64,000 nucleotides of DNA from an uncultured delta proteobacterium (GCA_963806225.1 CAWDXG010000001.1:2006264-2070263); one strand, 5' to 3'. Positions 11,257-21,927 are shown, counted from the stretch's first letter. The notes: generated by a model from the letters alone, not told the origin. Numbers and translations are program-made.

Positions 11257-12684
11257 GCGGAGCGCCGGAAAACCCGCGCCACCCGGCTACCGAACGCCCG
11301 CCGCCCGGGGCCTGGGCTCCGGCGCGCCAGGCAGCGTTGCGGCTCGTCCGCCCGCTGGAGCGCTTCCTGAAGATCCAGGCGGCCAGCGGTATCGTGCTGC
11401 TGATCGCGGCCGTGATCGCGATGACGTGGGCCAATTCGCCGTGGCAGCACAGCTACGAGGCGCTCTGGCACACGCCCATCTCGTTCGGCGTGGGCGGCGC
11501 GGTGTTCCGGAAGGACCTCCACTTCTGGATCAACGACGGCCTGATGGTGATCTTCTTCTTCGTCGTCGGGCTGGAGATCCGGCGCGAGATCCACGCGGGC
11601 GAGCTCAGCGATCTGAAGCGCGCGGCGCTGCCCATCGCGGCGGCGCTGGGCGGCATGCTGGTGCCGGCGCTGATCTACCTCTCCTTCAACACGTCCAGGC
11701 TCACGCACCACGGCTGGGGCGTGCCGATGGCAACCGACATCGCGTTCGCCGTCGGGATCCTGACGCTGCTCGGCAAGCGCGTGCCGGCGGCGCTGCGAGT
11801 GCTGCTCCTGGCGCTGGCGATCATCGACGACATCGGCGCCATCCTGGTCATCGCCTTCTTCTACTCCGCCGGGGTGAAGGTCATCGGGCTGCTGATCGCG
11901 GCGGCGGGCGTGGCGGGCGTGCTCGGGATGCAGCGCTTCGGCGTGCGGCAGGCCATGGCCTACGTGGTGCCGGGGACGGTGCTGTGGATCGGCATGATGG
12001 TGGCGGGCGTGCATCCCACCATCGCCGGCGTGATCCTGGGCCTGCTCGACCCCGGCGCGGTCGTGGTTCGGCGAGGAGGGGTTCCTGCACGAGGCGGGCG
12101 ACGCGCTGAGCGAGTTCCGCCATCGCGCGCAGAACGCGGCGCTCGACAAGCACGCGCTGGTCAATCCGCTGGCGCGCCTGGACAAGGCGAGCCGCGAGGC
12201 GCTGCCGCCGGTGGTGCGGCTCGAGGCGCAGCTCAACCCCTGGGTGGCGTACGGCATCATGCCGCTGTTCGCGCTGGCCAATGCCGGCGTCACGGTGGGG
12301 CAGGTGCACCTGGGGCAGGAAGGCACCAGCGCCATCGCTGTCGGCGTGGCGCTCGGTCTCTTGATCGGCAAGCCCATCGGTATCGTGGCGGCGAGCCTGC
12401 TGTCGGTGAAGCTCGGGCTGTGCGCGCTGCCGCGCGGTGTGGACTGGCGCGGGCTGCTTGTGGTCGGTGCCGTCGGCGGCATCGGCTTCACCATGGCGTT
12501 GTTCATCGCGCAGCTGGCGTTCCACGACGCGACGCAGCTCGGCGTGGCCAAGCTGGCCATCCTGGTAGGCTCGCTGGCGGCCGGCATCGGCGGGATGATC
12601 CTGGGGCGGGCGCTGCTCTCGAAGACGGGCGTCGCGGGCGCAGCGCGCACGGTCGCCGAGGCGGAGACGTCGACGGACCTGTGA
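11253..12684 (+). CDS. nhaA: Na+/H+ antiporter NhaA (indel near 12050)
   Basis: [57 protein letters not shown]. Confidence 0.95.
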
Positions 12685-12985
12685 AATCCCGGTCCCGGTC
12701 AGCAGCTTCGCTCGGTAGTCGGGCCGGGCGACGCCGGGAAAGCGGGCCCGGAGGCGGCGACCGGGACTGCGGCGGCGTCGGCGACCGCGCCGGTGGCAGT
12801 GGCAGGGGGCGGCACGGCGAGACATGGCCACGACACGAGGCAGGCTCGCGCCAGCCCTGCGGGCTGTCACTGCGCCCGCAGCGGCAGAGCGCGAGTGATG
12901 GATGCAGCGCGTCATATTCCTTCGCGCGCCCGGCGGCGGGCGGGTCGGGCGACCCGCCGCCAGGCGCGCGAAAGGAGAAAACACG

Positions 12986-13309
12986 ATGCGCTTCCACACT
13001 CTCGACCTCGCCCTCGAAGCCCAGAAGGCCCTCGTGCCGCTGGTCCGCCGTATCCAGCGCCACGATCGCAAGCTGGCGCAGCAGATGAAGGACGCCACCA
13101 ACAGCTTCGTGCTCAATCTTGGCGAAGGCGCCTATTCGGACCCGGGCACACGCCGTAGCCGCTACCAGAGCTCCGCCGGCAGCGCCGGCGAGGTCCGCAT
13201 GGGCCTGCACGCGGCCGTCGGCTGGGGCTACCTCCGGGACGGCGAGGCGGAGCCCGCGTTAGGACATCTGGATCGCCTGCTGGGCTCCCTATGGAAGCTC
13301 ACGCATTGA
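12986..13309 (+). CDS. Four-helix-bundle protein (23S rRNA IVP/Avd-like family)
   Basis: [20 protein letters not shown]...[18 protein letters not shown] upstream. Confidence 0.85.
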   Translation: MRFHTLDLALEAQKALVPLVRRIQRHDRKLAQQMKDATNSFVLNLGEGAYSDPGTRRSRYQSSAGSAGEVRMGLHAAVGWGYLRDGEAEPALGHLDRLLGSLWKLTH

Positions 13310-13316
13310 ACAGGAC

Positions 13317-13349
13317 CGCCCCGGCAGCCCTTGCGCCGCTGCCGGGGCG
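13317..13349 (+). terminator. 12-bp GC-rich stem-loop after the four-helix gene (no U tract)
   Basis: CGCCCCGGCAGC-9 nt-GCTGCCGGGGCG. Confidence 0.4.
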
Positions 13350-13603
13350 CGCCCCGCCGCCCCGCCGCCCCCGAGGCCTCCCCGCCGCCCCGTTCCTTGA
13401 CAGATCCGGCCCCGGACACCCCGCGCCGCGGCCGCCCCCCTGCCACGGTCACCCCCAGTCGGACGCGGGAGCTCGCGCCGACGAGAACCGATCAAAGCTG
13501 GCTATGTAGGCTGGACGGTCGAAATACCCGGCTGATGGAGATATGCTCCGCCGGGCGCCGGATGTGGGGCCATGTGCGGCATTGGTGACAGGGAAGAGCG
13601 CCG

Positions 13604-15436
13604 GTGGAGAGCGAGCTGATCCGCGAATTTGCCGACGGCGAGCTGGTGCCGGGAACCCGCTACCGCGTGGTGGGGCTGATCGGCAGCGGCGGCATGGGCT
13701 CGGTCTACGACGTCGAGCACACGGAGCTCGGCAAGCGCTTCGTGCTCAAGGCGCTGCTCCGCGAGCTGTCGCGCCGCAAGGATCTGGTGGCGCGCCTGCG
13801 CCAGGAGTGGCGGGCGCTGGCGCGGCTCGAGCACCCCTGCATCGTCAACGTCACCGACGCGGGCACCAGCGGCAACGGCGTGCCCTTCTACGTGATGGAG
13901 CGGCTCGACGGCGAGACGCTCTCGGCGCGGCTCCATCGCGAGCGACGGCTGCCGGCGCCGGAAGCCCTGATGGTCGCGGCGGGCGTGCTCGACGGGCTCA
14001 GCGCGGCGCACGAGATCGGCATCGTGCACCGCGACGTGAAGCCTCCGAACATCATCGTGCTGGCCGGCGGCGGCGTGAAGCTGCTCGATTTCGGCATCGC
14101 CAAGATCGCTTCGTCCAGTGCGGAGGTGATCACCGCGCGCGGCGTAGCCATCGGCACGCCGCGCTACATGTCGCCGGAGCAGGCCCGCGGCGAGCGCGTG
14201 GACGGCCGCGCGGATCTGTACGCCGCCGGGCTCATCCTGTTCGAGATGATCGCCGGGCGCGGCCCGTTCGACGACGTGGCCGACGCCAACGAGCTGCTGC
14301 TCGCCCACCTGTCGAAGATCCCGCCGCGGCTTGCGACGCTCGTGCCGGACGTGCCACCCGAGCTCGACCAGATCGTCGCGAGCCTGCTCGAGAAGGATCC
14401 GCGCGCACGCCCGCCGGCCGCGCGCCCCGTGGCCGATGCGCTGCGCCAGCTCGCGCTGCGGCTCGGCGCGGTGCTGCCGCCGGCAGGGGCGAGCTATCCG
14501 CCGCCCCCGCGCGGCTCCACGCCTCCGGCGCGGCCGTCGGGTGCTCCCGCGGATCTCACGCGACCGGCGTCGCCGCGCGCCTCGCCGCAATTCGAAGCCA
14601 CGCTGCCGCTTTCGGGGCCGGCGCCCGACGCGACGGTGCCATCCGTGCCTCCCGTCGGCGACACGACCGTGCTCGATCCGAAGCGCACGCTGCGGCTCGA
14701 CGAGATGGAAGCGCGCCGCTCGGCTCCGCCGCGCGCGATCGCAGCGGAGCCGGAGCGCGCCGCTGCCGTGGACGGCGCCACGTCGCCGTCTCTGCCCGAC
14801 TGGCATCCGGGCGCCGGGCAGCCCGCACACCTGCTGCCGTCCGTCGAGGGCGCCCCCGTGGACCGCACCCTGACCCTGGAGGAGCTGGGCGAGAAACCGC
14901 GGCCCGTGGAGCAGCCGCCGCCCACGCGCACCGCCGTTCCGGCGGCCGTCATCGGCGGCGAGACGCCTCCGCCGGTCGAGTCCGAGCGTCCCCCGTCGGT
15001 TTCGGGCACGCCGCACCAGCGGGCGGGGCTCGCGGTGGCCCTGGGGCTCGCGGCGCTCATCACGGTCGGCGTGCTCGGCGTGGGCGCGTGGGCGGTGCTC
15101 GGCCACGGCGCGAGCGCGGCGCACGACGAGCCCTCGGCGACGGCGAGCGTGGCGAGCGCGCCGGCCGAGCCCGCAGAGCTGCCGGCCAGCGCGTCGCCGC
15201 AAGCGCCGGTGGCCTCGGCGTCGGCCACTGCCGTCACGCCGGCCGCTGCGAAGTCTGCGCCCAGTGCGCAGCCGTCCGGGAGCGCTCCGGTGGCGGAAAA
15301 GGCCCCGCCGGCGCCGGCTAGGGCCCCCGCAACCCGGCCCACGCACCACGCGGCGGCCACCCTGCGTCCCAAGCCCACCCATCAGCCCGTCCACCACCTG
15401 GCGCCGCCCCCCGGCATGCCAGGCTCCGGGCTCTAG
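13604..15436 (+). CDS. Transmembrane Ser/Thr protein kinase
   Basis: IGSGGMGSVY, IVHRDVKPPN, LLDFGIAK, GTPRYMSPEQ; Pro/Ala linker and one TM helix. Confidence 0.95.
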   Translation: MESELIREFADGELVPGTRYRVVGLIGSGGMGSVYDVEHTELGKRFVLKALLRELSRRKDLVARLRQEWRALARLEHPCIVNVTDAGTSGNGVPFYVMERLDGETLSARLHRERRLPAPEALMVAAGVLDGLSAAHEIGIVHRDVKPPNIIVLAGGGVKLLDFGIAKIASSSAEVITARGVAIGTPRYMSPEQARGERVDGRADLYAAGLILFEMIAGRGPFDDVADANELLLAHLSKIPPRLATLVPDVPPELDQIVASLLEKDPRARPPAARPVADALRQLALRLGAVLPPAGASYPPPPRGSTPPARPSGAPADLTRPASPRASPQFEATLPLSGPAPDATVPSVPPVGDTTVLDPKRTLRLDEMEARRSAPPRAIAAEPERAAAVDGATSPSLPDWHPGAGQPAHLLPSVEGAPVDRTLTLEELGEKPRPVEQPPPTRTAVPAAVIGGETPPPVESERPPSVSGTPHQRAGLAVALGLAALITVGVLGVGAWAVLGHGASAAHDEPSATASVASAPAEPAELPASASPQAPVASASATAVTPAAAKSAPSAQPSGSAPVAEKAPPAPARAPATRPTHHAAATLRPKPTHQPVHHLAPPPGMPGSGL

Positions 15437-15525
15437 CTCGCGCTTTGCCGAGCCCTTTACCAGGGCCCGATCCTGGAGTAGGTTCCGCGCCCCCGGACTT
15501 TCCGGGGAATACCTCAACATCATAG

Positions 15526-15604
15526 ACCACACGCTCCCGGCGCGAACGACCGGGTCCGGTGCTCCCTCATGGGGCTAGCCCGGCGGGGAGCGGAGGACTT
15601 AACC
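15526..15604 (+). ncRNA. rpsB (S2) leader, t44-like cis-regulatory RNA
   Basis: ACCACAC start, nested stems CGCTCCC/GGGAGCG and CCGGG/CCCGG around GGTGC..GGGG, ends GGAGG..TAACC, directly 5' of rpsB. Confidence 0.7.
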
Positions 15605-15618
15605 GGAAGGAGAGCGCG

Positions 15619-16572
15619 ATGAGTGACGAGACCACGCCCGTCGAGGGCACCGCCGAAGAACCCAGGCCCGAGGCGCAGCCGGGGCAGGACCCGCTGCTCG
15701 AGGCCAATGCCACCGAGGTGCCGCGCACCGCGGTGCTCGCCGCCGAGCGCGCCATCGCCGCCGAGGAGTCGGAGCAGGTCGCCAAGCCGCGCGATCCTGC
15801 CGAGCCGATGACCGTGCGCGAGCTATTCGAGGCCGGCGTGCACTTCGGTCACCAGACCAAGCGCTGGAACCCGAAGATGCGACCGTACATCTACGGCTCG
15901 CGCAGCGGCATCCACATTGTCGACCTGGACCAGACGGTCCATCTCTTCAAGAAGGCGTTCGACTTCGTGTCCGACACGGTCTCCCGCGGCGGCAGCGTGC
16001 TGTTCGTCGGCACCAAGCGCCAGGCGCAGGAGATCGTGCGCGAAGAAGCGTCCCGCGCCGGGATGTTCTTCGTGACCAACCGCTGGCTCGGCGGCACGCT
16101 GACCAACTTCCGCACCATGAAGCAGGGTCTGGATCGCCTGCGCTCCATCGAGCGCATGCGCGAGGACGGCACCTACGAGCAGATCCCGAAGAAGGAAACG
16201 GTCAAGCTCGAAAAGGAGCGCGCGCGGCTCGAGAAGTACATCGGCGGCCTGAAGGGCATGGGCTCGCCGCCGCAGGCGGTGTTCATCATCGATCCCAGTC
16301 AGGAGCAGATCGCGGTCAACGAAGCCCGCAAGCTGCACATCCCGATCGTCGCCATCACCGACACGAACTGCGATCCGGATCTGATCCAGTACGTGATCCC
16401 GGGCAACGACGACGCCATCCGCTCCATCCGCCTGCTCACCGGCGCGATCGCGGACGCCTGCGTCTACGGCAGTGCGCGCCGCCGCGAGCACGCGCAGGGC
16501 CGCGAGGGCAGCGCCGCACCGGGCCGCGGCGGACCGGAAGCCACCGTCATCTACCAGGCCCCGCGCCGCTAG
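15619..16572 (+). CDS. rpsB: 30S ribosomal protein S2 with an acidic N-terminal extension
   Basis: [44 protein letters not shown]. Confidence 0.98.
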   Translation: MSDETTPVEGTAEEPRPEAQPGQDPLLEANATEVPRTAVLAAERAIAAEESEQVAKPRDPAEPMTVRELFEAGVHFGHQTKRWNPKMRPYIYGSRSGIHIVDLDQTVHLFKKAFDFVSDTVSRGGSVLFVGTKRQAQEIVREEASRAGMFFVTNRWLGGTLTNFRTMKQGLDRLRSIERMREDGTYEQIPKKETVKLEKERARLEKYIGGLKGMGSPPQAVFIIDPSQEQIAVNEARKLHIPIVAITDTNCDPDLIQYVIPGNDDAIRSIRLLTGAIADACVYGSARRREHAQGREGSAAPGRGGPEATVIYQAPRR

Positions 16573-16655
16573 AACCGATAGCACGCCGTCGCGCCTTGCC
16601 CGTCCCTCCGGGGACGGCGCGCGCGATCGGTACCCCAAGGAAGAAGGAAGTAGAC

Positions 16656-17570
16656 ATGGCCCAGGTCAACATGCAGCAGGTCAAGGAGCTGCGCGATCGC
16701 ACCCAGGCGGGACTCAACGACTGCCGCGGCGCCCTTATCGAGTCCGAGGGCGACATGGACAAGGCGGTCGACATCATCCTGAAGAAGGGGCTCGCCAAGA
16801 GCGCCAAGCGCGCCGGCGCGGTCGCTTCGGAAGGCGTCGTCGAGGCCCGCGTCGCGGCCGACGCCAAGAGCGGCGTGCTCGTCGAGGTGAACATCCAGAC
16901 CGACTTTGCCGCGCGCAACGAGGACTTCCTCGCTTTCGTGCAGAAGGTCGTCGACGCGGCCTCGAACGCGAAGGACGGCGCGGATCTGTCCGCGGAGCCC
17001 TATCAGGGCGGCGAGGGCAGCATCGAGGACAACAGGAAGGCGCTGGTCGGCAAGCTCGGCGAGAACATCACCGTGCGCCGCTGGCAGCGGCTCGCCGTCG
17101 AAGGCAACGGCCTGGTGCACTCCTACGTGCACATGGGCGGCAAGGTCGGCGTACTGCTCGCGGTGAAGACGCCGTCCAGTGACGTGCCGGCCGCGGTCAA
17201 GGAGTTCGCGGACAACACGGCGATGCAGATCGCCGCGATGGCGCCGCAGTACCTCTCCACGAGCGAGGTGCCGGCGGACCTGAAGGCCAAGCAGTCGGAA
17301 ATCTTCGACGCGCAGCTCGCCGACGAGGGCAAGCCCGAGAAGGTCCGCCCCAAGATCATCGAAGGCAAGCTCGCCAAGTGGATGAAAGAGATCTGCCTGC
17401 TCGAGCAAGCCAGCGTGATCGAGACCGACAAGACCATCGCCAAGCAGGTCGCCGCCCTCGGTGACGGCGTGGAGCTCGTGAAGTTCGTCCGCTTCGAGCG
17501 CGGCGAAGGCGTCGAGAAGCCCCAGGGCGAAGACTTCGCCGCCGAAGTCGCGAAGATGACCGGCAACTGA
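16656..17570 (+). CDS. tsf: Elongation factor Ts
   Basis: VKELRDRTQAG..DC, EVNIQTDFAARN, MQIAAMAP, FVRFERGEG; follows rpsB. Confidence 0.97.
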   Translation: MAQVNMQQVKELRDRTQAGLNDCRGALIESEGDMDKAVDIILKKGLAKSAKRAGAVASEGVVEARVAADAKSGVLVEVNIQTDFAARNEDFLAFVQKVVDAASNAKDGADLSAEPYQGGEGSIEDNRKALVGKLGENITVRRWQRLAVEGNGLVHSYVHMGGKVGVLLAVKTPSSDVPAAVKEFADNTAMQIAAMAPQYLSTSEVPADLKAKQSEIFDAQLADEGKPEKVRPKIIEGKLAKWMKEICLLEQASVIETDKTIAKQVAALGDGVELVKFVRFERGEGVEKPQGEDFAAEVAKMTGN

Positions 17571-17580
17571 GCGGCAAAGC

Positions 17581-18162
17581 GCCGTGACGTGACGAGCGCG
17601 CCGTGATGTGACGAGCGCGCCGTGATGTGACGAGCGCGCCGTGATGTGACGAGCGCGCCGTGATGTGACGAGCGCGCCGTGATGTGACGCGCGCGCCGTG
17701 ATGTGACGAGCGCGCCGTGATGTGACGCGCGCGCCGTGATGTGACGAGCGCGCCGTGATGTGACGAGCGCGCCGTGGATGTGACGAGCGCGCCGTGATGT
17801 GACGCGCGCGCCGTGATGTGACGCGCGCGCCGTGATGTGACGCGCGCGCCGTGATGTGACGAGCGCGCCGTGATGTGACGAGCGCGCCGTGATGTGACGA
17901 GCGCGCCGTGGTGTGACGAGCGCGCCGTGATGTGACGCGCGCGCCGTGGAGTGCGCGAGCGGCCGTGATGTGCGCGCGGGCCGTGATGTGCGCGCGGGCC
18001 GTGATGTGACGAGCGCGCCGTGATGTGACGAGCGCGCCGTGATGTGACGCGCGCGCCGTGATGTGACGAGCGCGCCGTGATGTGACGCGCGCGCCGTGAT
18101 GTGACGAGCGCGCCGTGATGTGACGAGCGCGCCGTGATGTGCGCGCGGGCCGTGATGTGACG
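17581..18162. repeat. Tandem array of about 30 copies of 19-bp GCCGTGATGTGACG(A/C)GCGC
   Basis: Read directly; includes a few 18-bp variants GCCGTGATGTGCGCGCGG. Confidence 0.97.
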
Positions 18163-18280
18163 TGGTGTGTGGGGCCCCCGTGCGGCGCGGAGCGCCGCGC
18201 TTGGGGGCCCGCGTCCGCGCGCAGGCCGGAGGCCGAGCACGGCGCGCCGTGGAGCGACGTGCAGCGCGGGGGCAGCCCCC
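18162..18280 (+). repeat. Structured dispersed element, copy 2 (directly before array A)
   Basis: Stem GGGCCCCC/GGGGGCCC with inner GCGGCGC/GCGCCGC; 18253..18272 matches the reverse complement of 21691..21710 at 19 of 20 positions. Confidence 0.8.
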
Positions 18281-18282
18281 AA

Positions 18283-18638
18283 ACGGGCATTTCGGGTAGC
18301 AAGCTCGGGCTTGGGCGGCAAAATGCCCGTGAGACGGGCATTTCGGGTAGCAAGCTCGGGCTTGGGGGTGGAAATGCCCGTGAGACGGGCATTTCGGGTG
18401 GCAAGCTCGCCGGGGAGGGGTGGAAACGCCCGCGAGACGGGCATTTTTGGTAGCAAGCTCGGGCTTGGGCGGCAAAATGCCCGTGAGACGGGCATTTCGG
18501 GTAGCAAGCTCGGGCTTGGGGGTGGAAATGCCCGTGAGACGGGCATTTCGGGTGGCAAGCTCGCCGGGGAGGGGTGGAAACGCCCGCGAGACGGGCATTT
18601 CGGGTAGCAAGCTCGGGCTTGGGCAGCAAAATGCCCGC
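18283..18638. repeat. Array A: seven 51/52-bp palindromic REP-like units
   Basis: Units start at 18283, 18334, 18385, 18437, 18488, 18539, 18591; arms ACGGGCATTT/AAATGCCCGT, GAG junction, A-B-C-A-B-C-A order. Confidence 0.95.
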
Positions 18639-18646
18639 CTGCGCCC

Positions 18647-19378
18647 ATCCGCGCGGCAGCGCCGCCGATCCGCGCGGCAGCGCCGCCGATCCGCGCGGCA
18701 GCGCCGCCGATCCGCGCGGCAGCGCCGCCGATCCGCGCGGCAGCGCCGCCGATCCGCGCGGCAGCGCCGCCGATCCGCGCGGCAGCGCCGCCCCGCGGCA
18801 CAGTGACGTTCCGCGCGGCAGCGCCGCCGACCGCGCGGCAGCGCCGCCCCGCGGCACAGTGACGTCCTTCCGCGCCGCCGCGCCGCCGATCCGCGCGGCA
18901 GCGCCGCCCCGCGGCACAGTGACGTCCTTCCGCGCGGCAGCGCCGCCGATCCGCGCGGCAGCGCCGCCGATCCGCGCGGCAGCGCCGCCCATCCGCGCCG
19001 CAGCGCCGCCCCATCCGCGCCGCAGCGCGCCGCCCATCCGCCCATCCGCGCCGCAGCGCCGCCCCTTCCGCGCCGCAGCGCCGCCCCATCCGCGCCGCAG
19101 CGCGCCGCCCATCCGCGCCGCAGCGCGCCGCCCATCCGCGCGGCAGCGCGCCGCCCATCCGCGCCGCAGCGCCGCCCCATCCGCGCCGCAGCGCGCCGCC
19201 CATCCGCGCCGCAGCGCGCCGCCCATCCGCGCCGCAGCGCGCCGCCCATCCGCGCCGCAGCGCGCCGCCCATCCGCCCATCCGCGCCGCAGCGCGCCGCC
19301 GATCCGCGCGGCAGCGGGACGTCCTTCCGCGCCGCATGACGCGGCACAGTGACGTCCTTCCGCGCCGCATGACGCGGC
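18647..19378. repeat. Tandem array of 21-23-bp units ATCCGCGC(G/C)GCAGCGC(GC)CGCC(G/C), with interspersed GCGGCACAGTGACGT
   Basis: Read directly; runs up to the RAYT stop codon. Confidence 0.93.
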
Positions 19379-20188
19379 TCAGTGACGGCGGCGGCGGGTG
19401 AAGTCGGGGGTTTGGCGGAGGCGGGGGTCGGCGAGGTGGAGGGCGCCGAGGCGGAGCAGCCCGGGGGCGAGGCACCTCTTGAGGCGGCGCACCTGTTCGA
19501 CGGAGATGCCGGCGGCTCTGGCGATGAGGTCCGCGTCGCGCCAGCCCTGGTGCAGGGCGAGCTGCACGAGGAGTTGGTGGCGGCGCGGGGCGCCGCAGGG
19601 GACAGCGGAGCTTGCGGCGCTGGCGATGTCGGCGAGCGACACGAGCGGGACGGCTTGCGGAGCTGCCGCGATGGGAAGCGGCGTGCCCTCGACATGCACC
19701 GACGGATCGCCGGACACGTAGCTGTGCAGCCATTGTGGCAGGTCGGCTTCGCGGCGGCGGAGCAGGGCGGCGAGCCGCGCGGGCGAGACCCATGGATCGA
19801 GCTCGAGCCCGACGGCGCCGCGATGCGTGGACCACAGCCAACACAGCGGGTCGTCGGCGAGCCCCGCACGACAGGGGTTGAGGTGTACGTAGCGGATCTG
19901 CCGTGCGAGGTGCTTGCTGTCGCGGATGGGCGCGGGCTGCGGGACGGGCTGCCAGGTGCGACCGAGGCCCGCCTGCCGCGCGAAGGCCGCGAGGCACTGC
20001 GCGAGCCTGCGCCGCGCTTCGTCGCGATCGGCCGCCTCGACAAGCAGGTGCACGTGGTCGGGCATCAGCACCGCGGCGACGCAATCGGGGAACTGCCGGC
20101 GCAGCGCTGCCCAGAGCGCATTGCACGCCTGCGCCGACTCGAGCGGGCGCGAGCCGGTGAGCGCGTGCGCGGTGAGATGCCAGAGCAT
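19379..20188 (-). CDS. REP-associated tyrosine transposase (RAYT, IS200-like Y1 HUH nuclease) with a C-terminal HTH
   Basis: HUH motif LMPDHVHLL, TWQP, catalytic-Tyr motif IRYVHLNPCRAGL..P..W.WST, HTH-like IARAAGISVEQVRRL; the start may lie further upstream (to 20287). Confidence 0.88.
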   Translation of the reverse strand: MLWHLTAHALTGSRPLESAQACNALWAALRRQFPDCVAAVLMPDHVHLLVEAADRDEARRRLAQCLAAFARQAGLGRTWQPVPQPAPIRDSKHLARQIRYVHLNPCRAGLADDPLCWLWSTHRGAVGLELDPWVSPARLAALLRRREADLPQWLHSYVSGDPSVHVEGTPLPIAAAPQAVPLVSLADIASAASSAVPCGAPRRHQLLVQLALHQGWRDADLIARAAGISVEQVRRLKRCLAPGLLRLGALHLADPRLRQTPDFTRRRRH

Positions 20189-20285
20189 GCGCCGCCCATC
20201 GGTCGTCGCTCGGCGCGGTTGCGCGGAAGTCGTCGCGTCGCTCGCGAGCCGGACCCACGCAGCCTCGACGTGATATCGTGATGGC

Positions 20286-20960
20286 ATGCGGCGCGCTGGG
20301 CTCGTGGTGCTGTGCGGACTCGCCGCGCTGTCGTGCGGGCAGGTGACGAGCAGCGCCGCGCCGGCAGTCGACGCCGGGGCGGAGGCGCAGCTGGACGCGG
20401 GCGATGCGGCCGACACGGACGCGGGTGACGCGGGCGCGCAGGGCGGCTCGTGGCAGAAGTGGTGCGAGCCCGACATGGTCAACAATCCGGCGTGCCCCGC
20501 CGCTGTGCCCACGCCCGGCAAGTCGTGCGCCGAGCAGGGGCTCGAATGCGCGTACCCCGCCAACTCCGGCGTCGCGCTCGACGACTGCGCGGCTCAGGGT
20601 GCGGGGCCGTGGTGGGTGTCGACCGGCGTGCTCTGCCGCTACGACTGTGCCGCGCTGGGCGACGCGGGAGCGGCGACGGCCGTGGGCGGCGCGGCGTGCG
20701 ATTCGCGTTCCACCGTCGCGTGCGATCCCAGCGCGTACCAGACGAACCAGATGACGCTCGACTCGCAGCTCGAGACCATCGTGCAGCAGTGCAACGCGGG
20801 TGGGCACATCATCTGGGTAGGCTTCGACAACGGCTGCGCGACGCGCATCGTGGGTGCGGACAGCGTCGTCGCCTCGTGCCTGGCCGGCAAGCTTGCCGCC
20901 CAGCGCTTCGAGTGCGCGCTCCATCTCGCATGCGGGCAGGCCTCGCTCCCCGTGCTGTGA
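20286..20960 (+). CDS. Cysteine-rich lipoprotein, function unknown
   Basis: Signal peptide with lipobox LAALSC, DAG repeats, many cysteines. Confidence 0.8.
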   Translation: MRRAGLVVLCGLAALSCGQVTSSAAPAVDAGAEAQLDAGDAADTDAGDAGAQGGSWQKWCEPDMVNNPACPAAVPTPGKSCAEQGLECAYPANSGVALDDCAAQGAGPWWVSTGVLCRYDCAALGDAGAATAVGGAACDSRSTVACDPSAYQTNQMTLDSQLETIVQQCNAGGHIIWVGFDNGCATRIVGADSVVASCLAGKLAAQRFECALHLACGQASLPVL

Positions 20961-21004
20961 CGCCGCGCGTACCGTGACGCCGCGCGGGCCGTGACGCGCC
21001 GGGC

Positions 21005-21591
21005 GGCGTGCATTTCGGTGCTGTCGGGCGTCCCGGAGAGCGGAAATGCGCGTGAGGCGTGCATTTCGGTGCTGTCGGGCGTCCCGGAGAGCGGAAATGC
21101 GCGTGAGGCGTGCATTTCGGTGCTGTCGGGCGTCCCGGAGCGTCGGAAATGCGCGTGAGGCGTGCATTTCGGTGCTGTCGGGCGTCCCGGAGAGCGGAAA
21201 TGCGCGTGAGGCGTGCATTTCGGTGCTGTCGGGCGTCCCGGAGAGCGGAAATGCGCGTGAGGCGTGCATTTCGGTGCTGTCGGGCGTCCCGGGAGCGGAG
21301 CGTCGGCGTCCGAAATGCGCGTGAGGCGTGCATTTCGGTGCTGTCGGGCGTCCCGGAGAGCGGAAATGCGCGTGAGGCGTGCATTTCGGTGCTGTCGGGC
21401 GTCCCGGAGAGCGGAAATGCGCGTGAGGCGTGCATTTCGGGCGTCGACGATGTCGTGGCGTCCTCTGTCGGAGCGAGCGGAAATGCGCGTGAGGCGTGCA
21501 TTTCGGTGCTGTCGGGCGTCCCGGAGAGCGGAAATGCGCGTGAGGCGTGCATTTCGGTGCTGTCGGGCGTCCCGGAGAGCGGAAATGCGCG
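21005..21591. repeat. Array B: eleven mostly 51-bp palindromic units
   Basis: GGCGTGCATTTC-GGTGCTGTCGGGCGTCCCGGAGAGCG-GAAATGCGCGTGA; units at 21005, 21056, 21107, 21159, 21210, 21261, 21325, 21376, 21427, 21493, 21544. Confidence 0.95.
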
Positions 21592-21665
21592 CGCCGTCGC
21601 GCCGTCGCGCCGTCGCCCGTCGCGCCGTCGCGCCGTCGCGCCGTCGCGCCGTCGCGCCGTCGCCC
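21591..21665. repeat. 8-bp tandem repeat GCGCCGTC, about 9 copies
   Basis: Read directly. Confidence 0.92.
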
Positions 21666-21681
21666 CGCCGCTCTCCGCGAA

Positions 21682-21859
21682 GGGGGTGCTCCCCCGCGCT
21701 TCACGTCGCTTCCGCGCCGTGCGCGCTGCGCGCGCCCGGGTCCCTCACGCGCGGTGCTCGGCCGGCCGGACCTCGTGCGACATGTCCGCCGCCGCGCGTC
21801 GCGATCCCCGCACCGCCGAGCGAGCCGGCCTGCGCCCGCGCGAGGGTCCCCACCACCGG
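21682..21859 (-). repeat. Structured dispersed element, copy 3 (inverted, long-stem form)
   Basis: Reverse complement carries the GGGACCCTC/GAGGGACCC stem, CGCGCGCAG, GCACGGCGCG and AGCGACGTGAAGCGCGGGGG. Confidence 0.8.
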
Positions 21860-21927
21860 ATGTCGTGCTGTTGCGCGCGCCGCGTCGGCTCGGCGCGATG
21901 GCGCGCGCCTGTGCGATGCTCGCGGCG

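Noticed and set aside
18283..21591. CRISPR arrays
   Set aside because: The repeat-spacer look is superficial: the spacers are near-identical within each array and no cas genes are visible in the window.
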